This document shows, one piece after another, positions 13,921-27,599 of a stretch of DNA of 64,000 nt. The stretch is from Octopus vulgaris (taxonomy: Eukaryota): assembly GCA_951406725.2 (NCBI GenBank), contig OX597821.1, forward strand, positions 12,524,001-12,588,000, written 5' to 3'. Below the pieces are notes generated by a model. It ran no database searches and had not been told where the DNA came from. It saw only the letters and a list, made by a program, of their open reading frames with translations. The translations under genes were made by a program, and so were the position numbers. Within the stretch, counting starts at the first letter, position 1. Each line of letters opens with the position of its first letter.

Positions 13921-13969
<49 letters not shown>

Positions 13970-14144
13970 ATACATATATACGACAGGGTTCTTTCAGTTT
14001 CCGTCTACCAAATCCACTCACAAGGCATTGGTCGGCCCGGGGCTATAGCAGAAGACAGTCGCCAAAAATGCCACGCAGTGGGACTGAACCCGCAACAATG
14101 TGGTTGGTTAGCAAGCTACTTACCACACAACCATTCCTACGCCT
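13700..14144 (-). mobile_element. SINE family A
   Basis: Aligns along its length with 11001-11428, 53556-53972 and 56170-56760. Confidence 0.88.
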
Positions 14145-14442
14145 CATTTCTGAATATGTCAAGGGATACGATGTTCAAGACGAGAATGCTTTTCTTCATA
14201 GCTTTATTTGATTAAAGATGACACAGAAATTATCAATATGAATGAGTCAACGAGTATTGATTCAAAGCAAGGTGAGACAGCCTCTGCACGATTATTCGAT
14301 CTGCAAGAAATATCTGCAAAGATTTCTTTCGATTTCCGCCCGACTTAATTTAAGACAACAAAAGCACTGGTGGCCAATATAATTGTACATACATACAAAT
14401 ACATGAAAATACAGGTATACATCATATATATATATATATATA

Positions 14443-15074
14443 GTTAAAGTCAGCAGAATTTAGTATAGTATTGTCCATATAATTCAAAATGGGGTAATTT
14501 ACAATCAAAATAAGTAACAAGGATATCCAGAGGTGATGCAGTACGATCGTTTCATGCGACTCCATTTAATTGGACAATGCAAGTATTACATCAGTTTTAA
14601 ACTGTAGAGCAATCTTCAACTGCATAAAACTATAGAATTTAGTTAAATTCAAAGGCGTTCTTTGTATCGTTATTCTATTAAACAAAATCACACAATGGAT
14701 AACTAGATAGACAAAGGGCATGTTTCATCAACAACATCATGGTTGTAAATTATATTTCTTCACAGGAAGACACTGCTTATCATTGATTTTAATTAGTTAT
14801 TTAGATTTACTACTGAAGGTGGGGTTAGGTTTGGCTAATAGAATAACTATAAAAATGAATCCTTTGGATGTAATTAAATATATTTTTATGCAACTGAAGA
14901 TTGCTCTACAGTTTAAAACAAATGTAATACTTGCATTTTTCAATTAAATGGAGTCGCATGAAACGATCGTACTGCATTACCTCTGGATATACTTGTTGCT
15001 TATTTTGATTGTAATCACTCCATTTTGAATTATATGGATAATACTATACTAAATTCTGGTGCCTGTCACTTAAC
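14443..15074. repeat. Inverted repeat with ~190 bp arms (14443-14630 / 14884-15074), each arm carrying a hammerhead-like motif
   Basis: gcagtacgatcgtttcatgcgactccatttaattg is the reverse complement of caattaaatggagtcgcatgaaacgatcgtactgc; similarity extends both ways. Confidence 0.92.
14888..14977 (+). ncRNA. Type I hammerhead-like ribozyme with palindromic stem III
   Basis: atgcaa-CTGAAGA-ttgc...gcat-GAAA-CGATCG-TA-ctgcat. Confidence 0.72.
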
Positions 15075-15134
15075 ATATTCAACTTAGTCTAAATTTTACT
15101 GAACACACACACATATATATATATATATACATAC

Positions 15135-15212
<78 letters not shown>

Positions 15213-15227
15213 TGTATATAGCCACAT

Positions 15228-15411
15228 GTGAATCGCTGGGGATTTTTTCCCTCCGTCTTCCTTTTCTATTGGACTTTTCTCTGTTTCGGAAGAAGAGCTT
15301 TGTTTGAAACGTTCAACCATCCCTCATTCCTTCCCTGGACGTCTGCTATACGTGTACCACGTCCTCGCGTTGTTGTCTGCTGTGTGTTTCTTCTTCGATG
15401 TTTGGGGATTT

Positions 15412-15415
<4 letters not shown>
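15228..15415 (+). mobile_element. Solo PLE pLTR-like fragment with decayed hammerhead (15283-15317)
   Basis: gttt-CGGAAGA-A-gagc(ttt)gttt-GAAA-CG-TT-caac; flanks resemble 6850-7000. Confidence 0.6.
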
Positions 15416-15479
<64 letters not shown>

Positions 15480-15791
15480 CAAAACTGGGAGGAAGGGAAG
15501 TGGGACGAAACGCTTGAGTTAGCTAGAGACAGCTGATGAACTGGGGATTTTTCCTGTGTGGTTTGTCCTGTACCTTGTTTTTCTGTTGTAAAAAATAATG
15601 TTTTTCCCGTTTTCGTTTCGTCTCCGTTTTTTTGTTGTAAAAATATGGCTTGTCCGTTTTCGTTGAGTTCTACCTCTAGTTGCAGTGTCCTGTACTCACG
15701 TATATATATTTATATATGCATGTATATATACATGTAGATGTAGGTACGTACATATATGTTTGTATGCATGCATATATTTTATTTATTACAT

Positions 15792-15825
<34 letters not shown>

Positions 15826-15869
15826 TATATGTGTGTGTATTTATGTATGTATATGTGTATTATTATATT

Positions 15870-16264
15870 ATTTTCTACTCTAGACACAAGGCCCGGAATT
15901 TTGGGGGAGGGGCAGTCGATTACATCGACCGCAGTACGCAACTGGTATTTATTTATCGACCTCGAATGGATGAAAGACAAAGTCGACTTCGACGGAATTT
16001 GATCTCAGAACGTAAAGACCTAGGAAATACCTATTTCTTTACTACCCACAAGGGGCTAAACACAGAGGGGACGAACAAGAACAGACGAACGGATTAAGTC
16101 GATTATATCGACACCAGAGCGGAACTGGCACTTATTTAATCGACCTCGAAAGGATGATAGGCAAAGTCGACCTCGACGGAATTTGAACTCAGAACGTACC
16201 GGCAGACGAAATACCGCTGATCATTTCGCCCGGCCTGCTAACGTTTCTGCCAGCTCGCCGCCTC
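15870..16264 (-). mobile_element. SINE family B (Nin-domain-like), internally duplicated form
   Basis: Core gcct(t/a)tcatcctttcg(g/a)ggtcgat(a/t)aa.taagt.ccag present twice in tandem; head ggcggcgagctggcagaaacgttagc. Confidence 0.8.
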
Positions 16265-16584
16265 TGGTGATACGTTTCTAGCTACAGTCTGTAGCTCCTT
16301 ACAATCTTGGTAGACGAAAGATCTGGCAATTTAAAAAATCTAGCTATTTCTAAATCCCTATGCGCAGCCTTTATAACCATAATAACAGCACGCCCCCTCA
16401 TTTCTTGAGTAAGCTTAGGGTCTACCAGTATTATTTTTTGAAAGAAAGATTATGCAGTGTTAGGAAAAATGCAGCAGTGAGCCAAAATGGTATGTCCTGT
16501 ATATGCGAGTAATGTGTGTGAATTTATGTATGTGTGTGTGTCTGTGTGTGTGATAAATATCTTCTTTCTTGTATTATATCTCTC

Positions 16585-16965
16585 TTGTTTCAGTCATTCA
16601 AGTGTGTTCATGTTGGAGCAGTGATTTGAGGGATTTATTCGAAGAAATCCATCAGAGTGCTTAATTTTTTATCCCGGGTACTTCTGTTAGGTGATCATTT
16701 GTGGAACCTTTACGTTAGGGAATGTAAACAACCTAATGTCGGATATCAAGCATTGGTGACGAATAAACAAACAGACAAATGCACGTATACACATATCCAT
16801 ATATTAGGAGGGCTTCTCTCAGTTTCCATCGACAAAATGCACTCACAATATTTCGGTCGGCTCGGCGTTTCTGCTGGAGACGCTCAATATGACAATCGTG
16901 GAGACAATCCACGTAACATTGTGGTTGACAAGAAAATGTCTTATTACAGAGCGATGCTGCACCTA
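16585..16965 (-). mobile_element. Diverged SINE family A copy
   Basis: ttgtttcagtcatt...gggcttctctcagtttcc similarity. Confidence 0.6.
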
Positions 16966-17859
16966 TAGATACTCATAATAAATGTATAATTTTCTGGAGT
17001 TTTTGTCCTTCTTTTAAGTTTTCCTTTCTGAATCTCTTCTTGATAACTATTCTTTTCGTCTGCCCACTATATTATCAGTTATATAATAGAATATATGCCT
17101 TTGAACTGAAAGTAAATGTAATCATCTAATATAGTAAAGAATACCTCCAGCAGATCTTGTTAAATAATTGAAATGAGATAAATGAGAGACAACTAAAGAA
17201 GATTACAAGGAAAAATGAATGTTCATCGGCAAGACTAATTTCCCCGTCGTTCAATGATACTGGAATTGCGCACTCCTCCTACGCTTTTTGTTGTACAAAG
17301 AATATGGTACATATTAATATTCTAAAATGAATTTACTACAATACAGCACTGAAATCAGTTTCTAGAGCTTGTTAAAACATCTGCAGCAAAAAGCGTAGGG
17401 GTTACTAAGCAAATCCCTTGTTAGTTAAACACAGTGGTCAACTTTCTATCGTGCCATACACTCCTTTATATAAAAGAAATACGTTAGATTAGGAAATCAT
17501 AGCAACATTTGAAACAGAAATTACATCTGGCCATCAGTCACGAATGATTATATTTTGGTGATATTTACCACGACTTAGGTATTCTTTTAGTCTCCAGCAG
17601 ATATAGACAGCCTCCGGTTACGTCACACTTGACGAAGTAGAGCATTCAAGATGTGAGAGCTAGAGGAAGAGATGATTGTTGATTCTGGTACTTGATTTTA
17701 GATCTGTTGTGCATGATGAAAGGATACTTGCTCAAACACTCAGCACGTCATCAAGTCAAGCAATGAATACACAAACTTATTATAAATGGAACGCTTTTAG
17801 GATCATGTCACTCGTCTTCAATACTAAATATCAGAATAATATGGATTTCAAATTTTAGT

Positions 17860-18052
17860 AGAAGGCCAGCACATTTTTAGGGAGGGGTAAGTCGATTACA
17901 TCGACTCTAGTGTTAAACTGGTACTTATTTTATCGACTCGGTGAGAATGAAAGTCAAATTCAGACTCCGTGGAATCTGAACTCAGAAAGTAAAGATGGAC
18001 GCAATGCCACTAAGCATTTCGCCCTGCACTCTAAGAATTCTGCCCTTTCACC
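17860..18052 (-). mobile_element. SINE family B monomer
   Basis: gtcgattacatcgac...ggtacttattttatcgac...gaactcaga. Confidence 0.7.
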
Positions 18053-18754
18053 AGTAAAATAATATAAAATTTAGCAATGGCACTTTAAACATATTCAATA
18101 TCTTCAAGACTATAACTATCGAGTCCAATGGAATCTGTATATTTTTCGTTCTACTTGCCAGAGATATATGTCCATTTTCTGAAATTAATGGCTACGTTAC
18201 TTAAAGAAAAAAAGAACAAGACACTATACTTTGAATAAATAGTCGTGGATAACTGAAGAGCTGTCGAAGCAGATTAACAACAAATTCAGCAACAAATATG
18301 CCCATTTTAGCAACAGGCTCATTTACATAAAAACAATAAAGAAGAAGAATAAAGATTTGCTATGACGAAAGTAAAGCTCTACATATGTAACGCTGTAGCT
18401 CTACATCAATGCAATAAGAGATTATAACCCCCATTTTAATGCAATGTTGATGGCGATGAGAATGTTAGAGCATGAAACAAAAATCTTCATTATGCCGGTT
18501 CGAATGCTTGAGATGTTTCATTCGATATCTTAAATTTCTCGATTCGTTTGCTGTTGAAGAAAATTTCTATTTTCTGGCAAATATTTCGGTTGCTGCAAAT
18601 AATGTCATCATAAATTGTAACTCGCAAGTTTCTGTGCAAATTCTCACACTGAATCTACTTCACAATTATGCTCTTTGTACACTTGTATTTGGAATACACA
18701 GCAATCTTAATAGATCGAATACATAATGGCATTGAAATTGTAGACCCCGCTCCC

Positions 18755-18805
<51 letters not shown>

Positions 18806-18964
18806 ATGGATATTTTATAAAGGCTGAACTCGAAAGCTCTGAATAATATCCTTAATATTTGCTTTCAAAACAGTCGTGTGGATAGAAAAAGGCGAAGGCT
18901 GCTTCCGAATTTTTCAATCCAACCGGTTTTTTCAACCTAATAAATATCTTATATTTTTTCGTCC

Positions 18965-19295
18965 TGCTTGTTTCTGTCATCAAACTGCGATCACAGGAGG
19001 CGAGTATAGCCTTGAACAAATTTTAGTCGAGCAAATCGACCCAAGTAGTTATTTTTTATAAAGCCCGGTCTTTTTTACTTTCTGTTGCCGGACCGCTGTG
19101 TTACCGGGACGTAAACACACAGAAAGCGATTGTCCAGCGGTACTGTGGGGCAAAAGCGGGTTCCAAGAAAACGGACACATTTATACGTCAAGCTTCTTTC
19201 ACTCTACGTCTACCAAATCTACTCACAAGGCTTTGTTCGGCCCGGGGCTATAGTAGAAGACACCTCCCAAGATGCTGCGCAGTGTAACTGCGCCC
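18965..19295 (-). mobile_element. Diverged SINE family A copy
   Basis: ttagtcgagcaaatcgac...ggctatagtagaagacac. Confidence 0.7.
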
Positions 19296-19364
19296 CAAAT
19301 TTTCCTATTTCGATTTGAACTGTTAAAATAATGAAACATCTGATGTTCATAAACTTTTATGATG

Positions 19365-19424
<60 letters not shown>

Positions 19425-19776
19425 CGTGTGTATATTATTAAACTGAGTATGTTTATGTTTACTCGCGCGTGTGCGTGTGTGCTTTAGAAGGTCTGAAGGT
19501 GATCAAGTGGTGTGTAACGACACCGAAACGAAGAAAGCCAAACTTGATCACGGCGGTATTTGAGCCCAGAATGCAAAGAATCCGGAAGAAATGACATTAA
19601 GCATTTTGTCCGGTGCGTTAAATATTCTGCCTTCTCGTCATTTTTGCTGCGTGTGAGAAATAAAACTAAGTTGCGTCAATGTATTTTATTGTACATGCAT
19701 GTATATGAACAGGATCGAGTGTAGGGTCGTATCTGTATGCTTGAGATTAAATACATGTGAATAAATGGGTATGTTT

Positions 19777-19808
<32 letters not shown>

Positions 19809-20024
19809 GGAAGGTGCAGCTTGCAGTGAGGCAAGTGGGCGGTCAGTGAAATGCGAGATATATGAGCAAGGGTGATAAAATAAGTTATCGCTTATGTAAT
19901 ATTATCTTTATAATAAAGAAGAAAAGGAAGTACAGATAAACATCGAGAATACCTTTAGCAAAATAAATAGCATTAGCAGAGGCAGGAGAAACGGCAGCTG
20001 CAACGACGGTAGAATTGGTTGACG

Positions 20025-20031
20025 GTGTAGC

Positions 20032-20097
<66 letters not shown>

Positions 20098-20116
20098 GGT
20101 GGCGGTGGTGGTGATG

Positions 20117-20172
<56 letters not shown>

Positions 20173-20280
20173 GGTGGTGGTAGTAGTAGTAGTAGTAGGG
20201 GGAGGAGGAGGAGGAGAGGGAGGAGGAGGAGACGATGATAACAAGAGTGGTGTAGTAATGATGATGGTGGTGTTTGCGTA
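20025..20280. repeat. Compound (GTA)n/(GTG)n/(GGA)n trinucleotide tract
   Basis: Direct reading. Confidence 0.95.
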
Positions 20281-20633
20281 GGGTGGCAGCGATAAACGTA
20301 GAAAATTTACTCTCTTCGTTAACATGAGTAATCAGTGTCGATTTATCAATTCTGTTTCTATAGACTACATGCTGTCAAAGAAAAAAAAACAAACAAAAAA
20401 AAGAAAAAGAAACATTTATAAATAAACAAATAAATAAATAATAAAAAACCAAAAAAAACTTTGGTAAATGGGCTTTAAATGATATATCTATTATCAATGG
20501 GAAAATGTACTGCCCCTTTGCTTGCGAAGCCCAATGCAAATCACTTACATTTTACCGTGTGGTCTTGCTGTTTTTGCAACCTTTATTCTTTTTATTTGTG
20601 CCATCGTTGTTGTTGTTGCTGTTGTTGTTGTTG

Positions 20634-20677
<44 letters not shown>

Positions 20678-20756
20678 GCTTTTCTTACTGCTGTTTTTGT
20701 CGTTATTGTTGCTGTTAACATCTTCAGCATTATCATCTCACCACCATCAACCTTAG

Positions 20757-20813
<57 letters not shown>

Positions 20814-20839
20814 TAATATTATTATTATTGTTGTTGTTA

Positions 20840-21046
20840 CTGAGCTGGCACAAGCGATAACGTGCTGGAGGACATGATTTAGCGGTATTTCGCCCCGTCA
20901 CTACATTCTGAGTTCAGTTTCCGCCGAGGTCGACTTTACCATTGATCTTTCCGGATCGATAGGTTAAGTACCACCTGTGTACTGGGGTCGATGTAATCGA
21001 CTATTCCCTCCCGCTAAATTTCAGGATTACGCCTATAGTAAAACGG

Positions 21047-21121
<75 letters not shown>

Positions 21122-21435
21122 TTCATCATCATCATCATCATCATTATCATAATTATTTTTATCATTATTAGTATCATTATTATTATTATAGTTATTGTTG
21201 TTGTTGTTGCTTCTGTTGTTAAAGGCGGCGAGCTGGCTGAATCTTTAGTACACCAGGCAAAATTCCCATAGGCATTTCGCATGTCTTTACGTTCTGAGCT
21301 CGAATTACGCCGAGGTCGACTTTGCTTTTCATCCTTTCAGGGTTGATAAAATAAGTTATATTCGCGCACTAGGATCGATATAATCGATGTTCCCCCACCA
21401 GCAAGATAACTGGCCTCGACCTCAAAGTTGAGCCC
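20840..21435 (+). mobile_element. Two SINE family B monomers (about 20840-21045 and 21221-21435) separated by (TTA)n/(TCA)n
   Basis: gagctggc...cgccgaggtcgacttt core in both. Confidence 0.75.
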
Positions 21436-21456
21436 ATTATTATCATTATTATTATT

Positions 21457-22008
21457 GAGTGAGAGAGCAGTGCATGCCATCAAAGTGACACTGGGGTGAA
21501 ATATACGAAGCCCAGTATACCCATCATGGTTACCCGTCTGATAAGGGTGCACCAGGTACATGCATCACAACCATATGTGTGCGACATGGTGATCTCATAT
21601 CAAGATAACCAGCGAATGACCTTGCAGGTGGAGGCCCAGTTAGAACTTATTTCATGTCGGGTAACCCATCCCGCTAAAATGGTCCTTGAATAAGTATTGT
21701 TTAAGGATGAACAAAATAGCCATGTTCCCAAAGGTGAATTATCCAAACTCGAAAGAATCCCTCTTAACACATGGCTATGATGCTCCCCCACTGCTTCTAC
21801 TCGTGATCCGAGATGCACATATCGTCAGCCACTACGGGACATACACAACTGGTTAAGGACAAGCAATTGACAAGCAAATCTGTGGCATTGAGCAGAATAT
21901 GTGCTGTAGCCCATTTTTTATACCAAGACAAAACAACGTACATAATAACACTTCCAATCAGTTAAGATCAAAAGCCATGAGAGCCAGTGTCTGGTACTGC
22001 ATCAGGGC
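21457..22008. repeat. Unclassified ~550 bp non-coding dispersed repeat next to (TTA)n, copy 1
   Basis: Colinear similarity to 33621-34135. Confidence 0.85.
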
Positions 22009-22064
22009 GACCATAGTCGATGAGGCTTATCCTTGGCGTGGTTATTGCTAGTTGAAAATTATTA

Positions 22065-22099
<35 letters not shown>

Positions 22100-22142
22100 G
22101 TATTAGTATTATTTTATTATTACTAGTAGTAGTAGTAGTAGT

Positions 22143-22174
<32 letters not shown>

Positions 22175-22175
22175 C

Positions 22176-22274
<99 letters not shown>

Positions 22275-22789
22275 GGTGGTGGTGATAGTTCTATTAACCA
22301 CATCGGTACTGTTGTGTGAGTCACCGCGAGTGTCTGCCGAGTAGCAACGTTTTTCTTTGAATCAGCGGTTTATATCAGATGAGGCGACGGTAAATAAACG
22401 TTCCTGTCTAACGTGAGTAACGGTCCATTTCCTTCCTAACAACAGAGTTCTTGCGTGCCCGTGAGAGCCAGATTGTTATCACTCTTTCCAGTTTCCTCAC
22501 TCTCTCACTCATTATACCTCTCCATAAATGTATCTTCCTCTCAATACCACCCTCACTCTCTATTGCTCTCTTTCTTTATTTCTGTCATTCTCTATGAATC
22601 ATTCGCACTCTCAGCTATCTGTCTGTCTATCTACTTATTTATCTCTCACTCTGTACATCTGTTACATCTTGTGTCCGTGTGTGTGTATGTGTGTGTGTAT
22701 GTATGTGTGTCTATGTCTGTGTGAAAATATATTATATAGGCATACCTAACCGAGGGGAAGAATGTTTGGAGAGCACGGCGACATACAGC

Positions 22790-23265
<476 letters not shown>

Positions 23266-24361
23266 TGTTTCTTTATTAGCACACAGGGCTGCACACAGAT
23301 AGAACAAATTACAAGGTAGAGCTTTTCTTTTGAAGGTTTAAGAAAGAAAAAAAAAAAAAAAAAGGAAGGGGGAGTTTCGATCAAAAGGGATCGTAAAAGG
23401 AGAGAAAGAGGACAAAAAAAAAGGGGGGTTTAAAAAAAAGGGGGGGAGGAAAAAAAAAATTGATCAATAGGGATCGTTATCACAGAAATGTCAATATGAA
23501 GTGTAAAGGGGAGGACAGGTGAGGTTTACCCGTGCAAAGAAAAGCCTACGGAAAAGACCACGGTAACCTCGGTCAATGATGTCACATTTTATATTTCTTT
23601 TTTTTTTTTTTTTTGCAAATAAGCAACTCTCTGTTTTCGATTTCTGGGTTCATAGGACTATGCTCAAGGTGGCTTCGTCATTCATACGTGCCATTCTTGC
23701 TACATTCACCCATCTTTTTTAAAACATTCGCTAGACAAAACTTGCCTCTCTACTCTCACTTTCCTTTTCAAGTGGTACTTGAAGAAGTTGATGAGAGATT
23801 GACCAGAGAGGAAAGTGTTTGTCTCCAATCCTTTCAGACGCGTCCACCAGATACATTCCTTCGCCATAGCCACAAGGATGATGAAAATAGCTCTTCCTTC
23901 CCGTTTGAAGGAAGGAGGCGTGACAATATTGACGATAGACTCAGCTGATAAACCGACTCGTCCCACACGTGACAGCAGTTGTTCGACATAAGCCCACAGG
24001 GCGGAAATTGTTGGACACTGAACGAGTGCGTGCAGAACGGTTTCGTTGCTCTGACCGCATCTCGGGCAGGTCGGCCCCGTGTTTCTCGAGCCGTGTCTGT
24101 AGAGCTTATCCCGAACGGGTAGCGCTTCTCGGTAGCACTGCCAGGCCAGGGATCTCTGGAAGTTGTCCATGGGCCCTGGCCCGAAAGTCGTCCTGAACAG
24201 GCGGGTCAGGTACTCCTCGTCGACGTCCAGGTTCGACCCGAGCTCGTCGTCGTACCTCCCCTCCACTAAACCCCTATAGAATGCTTTGGTTGTGTTGAAG
24301 TCACTTAAGGTCGACCCAGGACGGCAGAGTTGCTTGAGAGCAACGCGACACTCGCGGTGCC
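23266..24361 (-). mobile_element. 5'-truncated Tx1/L1-clade LINE 3' end inserted in (TATC)n
   Basis: ORF2 C-terminus: SLAWQCYREALPVRDKL...CPRCGQSNETVLHALVQC...AKECIWWTR (zf-RVT-like); T-rich 3'UTR; AATAAA just before the microsatellite. Confidence 0.85.
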
Positions 24362-24393
24362 AGATAGATAGGTAGATAGATAGATAGATAGAT

Positions 24394-24445
<52 letters not shown>

Positions 24446-24819
24446 GTAGATAGAAATATAGATAGATAGATAATATATAAGAGATAAACAAGTCCATGAG
24501 AAGGAGAGACGACGAGCAAAATTATGACAAAGCAACTGAATATGTATGCATCTCTCAAACGAGTGTGTGCGAGTATATACATATATGTGTGGTATGTGTT
24601 TGTGCATGTATGTGTGAGTGTGCTTATAACACTCTCTCTATCTCTCCCTTTCTGTCTCTCTCCACACACACACATATATATATATATATATTTAAGGTCC
24701 ACATTGACGATAAATCCATTGCGAAGAGCAGAAGAATAAATAAGTAATCATTAATTATGTATTCACGCCTCTATATCTTTAAATATAAAATATGCACCAA
24801 AATAAATGAAAGGCAAACT

Positions 24820-24906
<87 letters not shown>

Positions 24907-24908
24907 TG

Positions 24909-24986
<78 letters not shown>

Positions 24987-25479
24987 TGTGTGTATATCCT
25001 TGGATATATTCATATAAACGTATATTCACATACATGCAGAGACAATTATCTCATAGAACATTTATGTTAAATAACACGTCATGCAAACAACCCTGTACAC
25101 GAAATTAGACTGATTTAACCATGCAAGATTACATGCAACATCACAGTCATAACGAAATCATTTGGATTATTCAGTGTTGGAATATTTAAGTCGATGCCCT
25201 CCCTTGAATGACACAAACTATTCGATTTCTCGAGGGGAACAAAAATCCGAATACTCTCATTTGAGTCCGCCACCTTTTGTATATTTCCTACTTTAAAAGT
25301 TGTTATTCGAAATTTAAGAGTAGTGTCAAGTGTGACAGATCAGACCTGTGAACGCACATAAAATAGATATTGCTCAGGACTGATTTGAAATAGGTCTTGG
25401 CTGTGGATTACAACGAACGGTCAGGAGCCGTACTGCTTTGCATTGCTGGTTTCTATTTCTGTCAGAGTATTTTTTCCCA

Positions 25480-25903
25480 TTCTATTCGAGGCACAAGAAC
25501 CTATATTTTTGGGGAGGACGCCAGTCGATTAGATCGACTCCAGTACGCAAAGATTACTTAATTTATCGCCCCCGGAAGCATCAAAGGCAACGTCGACTCG
25601 TCGGAATTTGAAATCAGAACGTAAAGACAGACGAAATACTACTGGGCATTTCGCCTGGCGTGCTAACGTTTCTTATTTCTTTATTGCCCTTAAAGGGCTA
25701 AACACAGAGGGAACAAACAAGGAGAGACAAAAGGATTAAGTCGATTACGTCGACACCAGTGTGTATCTGATACTTAATTTATCGACCCCGAAAGGATGAA
25801 AGTCAAATTCGACCTCGGCGGAATTTGAACCCAGAACGTAACGGCAGACGAAATACCACTGAGCATTTCGCCTAGTGTGCGACCGTCTCTGCCAGCTCGC
25901 CCC
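25480..25903 (-). mobile_element. SINE family B, duplicated form
   Basis: Two tandem cores with the spacer seen in 15870-16264. Confidence 0.8.
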
Positions 25904-26353
25904 TTCATTTCCGTTAGAGTATTGCAAGTGCACTTTTGTTAGTCATCATAATCCTGAATGCAGCTGGGATCCACTACGATGACTTTATTGTGAAATTCCT
26001 TCCTGATGATGTAGCATTTATTGGCAACGTAGCTTAATATTAAAGGTTAGAAAATTACCTTGTTTTTCCCGTTTACAAACCAGAGACCAGGCGTCGCTTC
26101 CTTCCGATTTTTCTCAACCATCATCAGATACTAATGAGTGAGGAATTATATAGCTGATATATGTTGTAATATATTCAAAAGTTGCGATAAAGCTTAACAC
26201 GGTTGTATATTTCATAGACAAATTTTTTTGTGTAGCATAAGCATCATCTGGCACTACAACACACCACACACACACACACACGCACACACTCACATTTCTA
26301 TGCATATGTACGTATGTATATATATTGATTAAACCTCGCCAAGTTAAATATGT

Positions 26354-26427
26354 AAACCACCTGAAGAATGACTGTAACTCGAAAATTTTAAGAATTGAAC
26401 AGCCATGAAACGATCGTAGTGTTATAT
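26354..26427 (+). ncRNA. Type I hammerhead-like ribozyme with intact core
   Basis: cac-CTGAAGA-atgactgt...acagccat-GAAA-CGATCG-TA-gtg; 7 of 8 bp in stem II. Confidence 0.78.
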
Positions 26428-26628
26428 CAATTATCTTTTTTAATAATTTTGATATATATTTGAATAATATAAATTAATTAATCTTATGTATTGGCTTAAG
26501 TTTTTCATTGTATGATTTGCCTAATAGTGGTTTTATCTCTAATTTAATATAATATAATATTTTACTATAAAATTGGATTCAATCCTAAATCTGATTTTCC
26601 CGGTAAGTTTGGATATATTCCCTAATAT

Positions 26629-26688
<60 letters not shown>

Positions 26689-26791
26689 GCATATATACAC
26701 ATATACACACACACACACATATATATTGGTAAAAACAGTAAGATAACAAAGAAAAGAAAGAGACCTCAATATTATGTAAATAGAGGAAATT

Positions 26792-27027
26792 TATCTGTAA
26801 AATAATATGTGACAATTATTCAATAGCCAAGAGAAAACTCTGAGTTTCGGATGCCGAGGTGGAAATCCACAACACCATCTCTTCGGTTATCTGGCCATCT
26901 TTTTTCATAGCGTTTTTCAGATGGCCAAATAACCGAAGAGATGGTGTTGTGGATTTCCACTTCGGCATCCGAAACTCAGAGTTTTATCTTGGCTATTGAA
27001 TCATTGTCATATATTATTTTACAGATA
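26792..27027. repeat. Near-perfect palindrome (~109 bp arms, 18 nt spacer), each arm with a hammerhead-like motif
   Basis: Right arm: gccaaataa-CCGAAGA-gatg...catc-c-GAAA-ctcagag-TT-ttatcttggc; left arm is its reverse complement with few mismatches. Confidence 0.93.
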
Positions 27028-27069
<42 letters not shown>

Positions 27070-27599
27070 AACAAATGCACACACTCACACGTATACATAC
27101 ATACATACATACATACATACATACATACATACATACATAAATGCATACATACATGCATACGTACGTACTTATTTGAATATGCGAAAAAGCTGCATATCTG
27201 TGAACATTTGAGTATCTTATTCATAGATTTTGCTTATCGCATGACTTATATTCCTTTCACTAAAAGGACAACTTATTTAATTTTTTTTCTCTTGTTTATA
27301 ATGCGTATAATCAAAGAATTATTTAAAAACCCTTTCATGATAGGAGTAAGACGAACGATAACTAGAATGCAACAGGGATTTGGAAGCTTTGACATTAAGC
27401 AGAAACAAAATCAGATATTTTGGAAACTTCGATGCTAAAATCATTTGTCAGATCTATCTATATTTTGCTAGTTGCCGCTTCACATGATCATATGTAGCTG
27501 TATGTTTGCATGTGTAGTATATGGACTTAATATGCATAGTGCTCATATACTGTAAGTAATATTCAGTACATGATGATGATGATGATGATGTTGATGATG

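Noticed and set aside
19885-20325. 146 aa Thr/Pro-rich ORF as a mucin-like host exon
   Set aside because: Mostly trinucleotide repeat; no domain or strong splice signals; cannot be excluded without RNA data
25960-26036. Short peptide GIHYDDFIVKFLPDDVAFIGNVA after a cag as a host exon
   Set aside because: No polypyrimidine tract, no recognisable homology, too short
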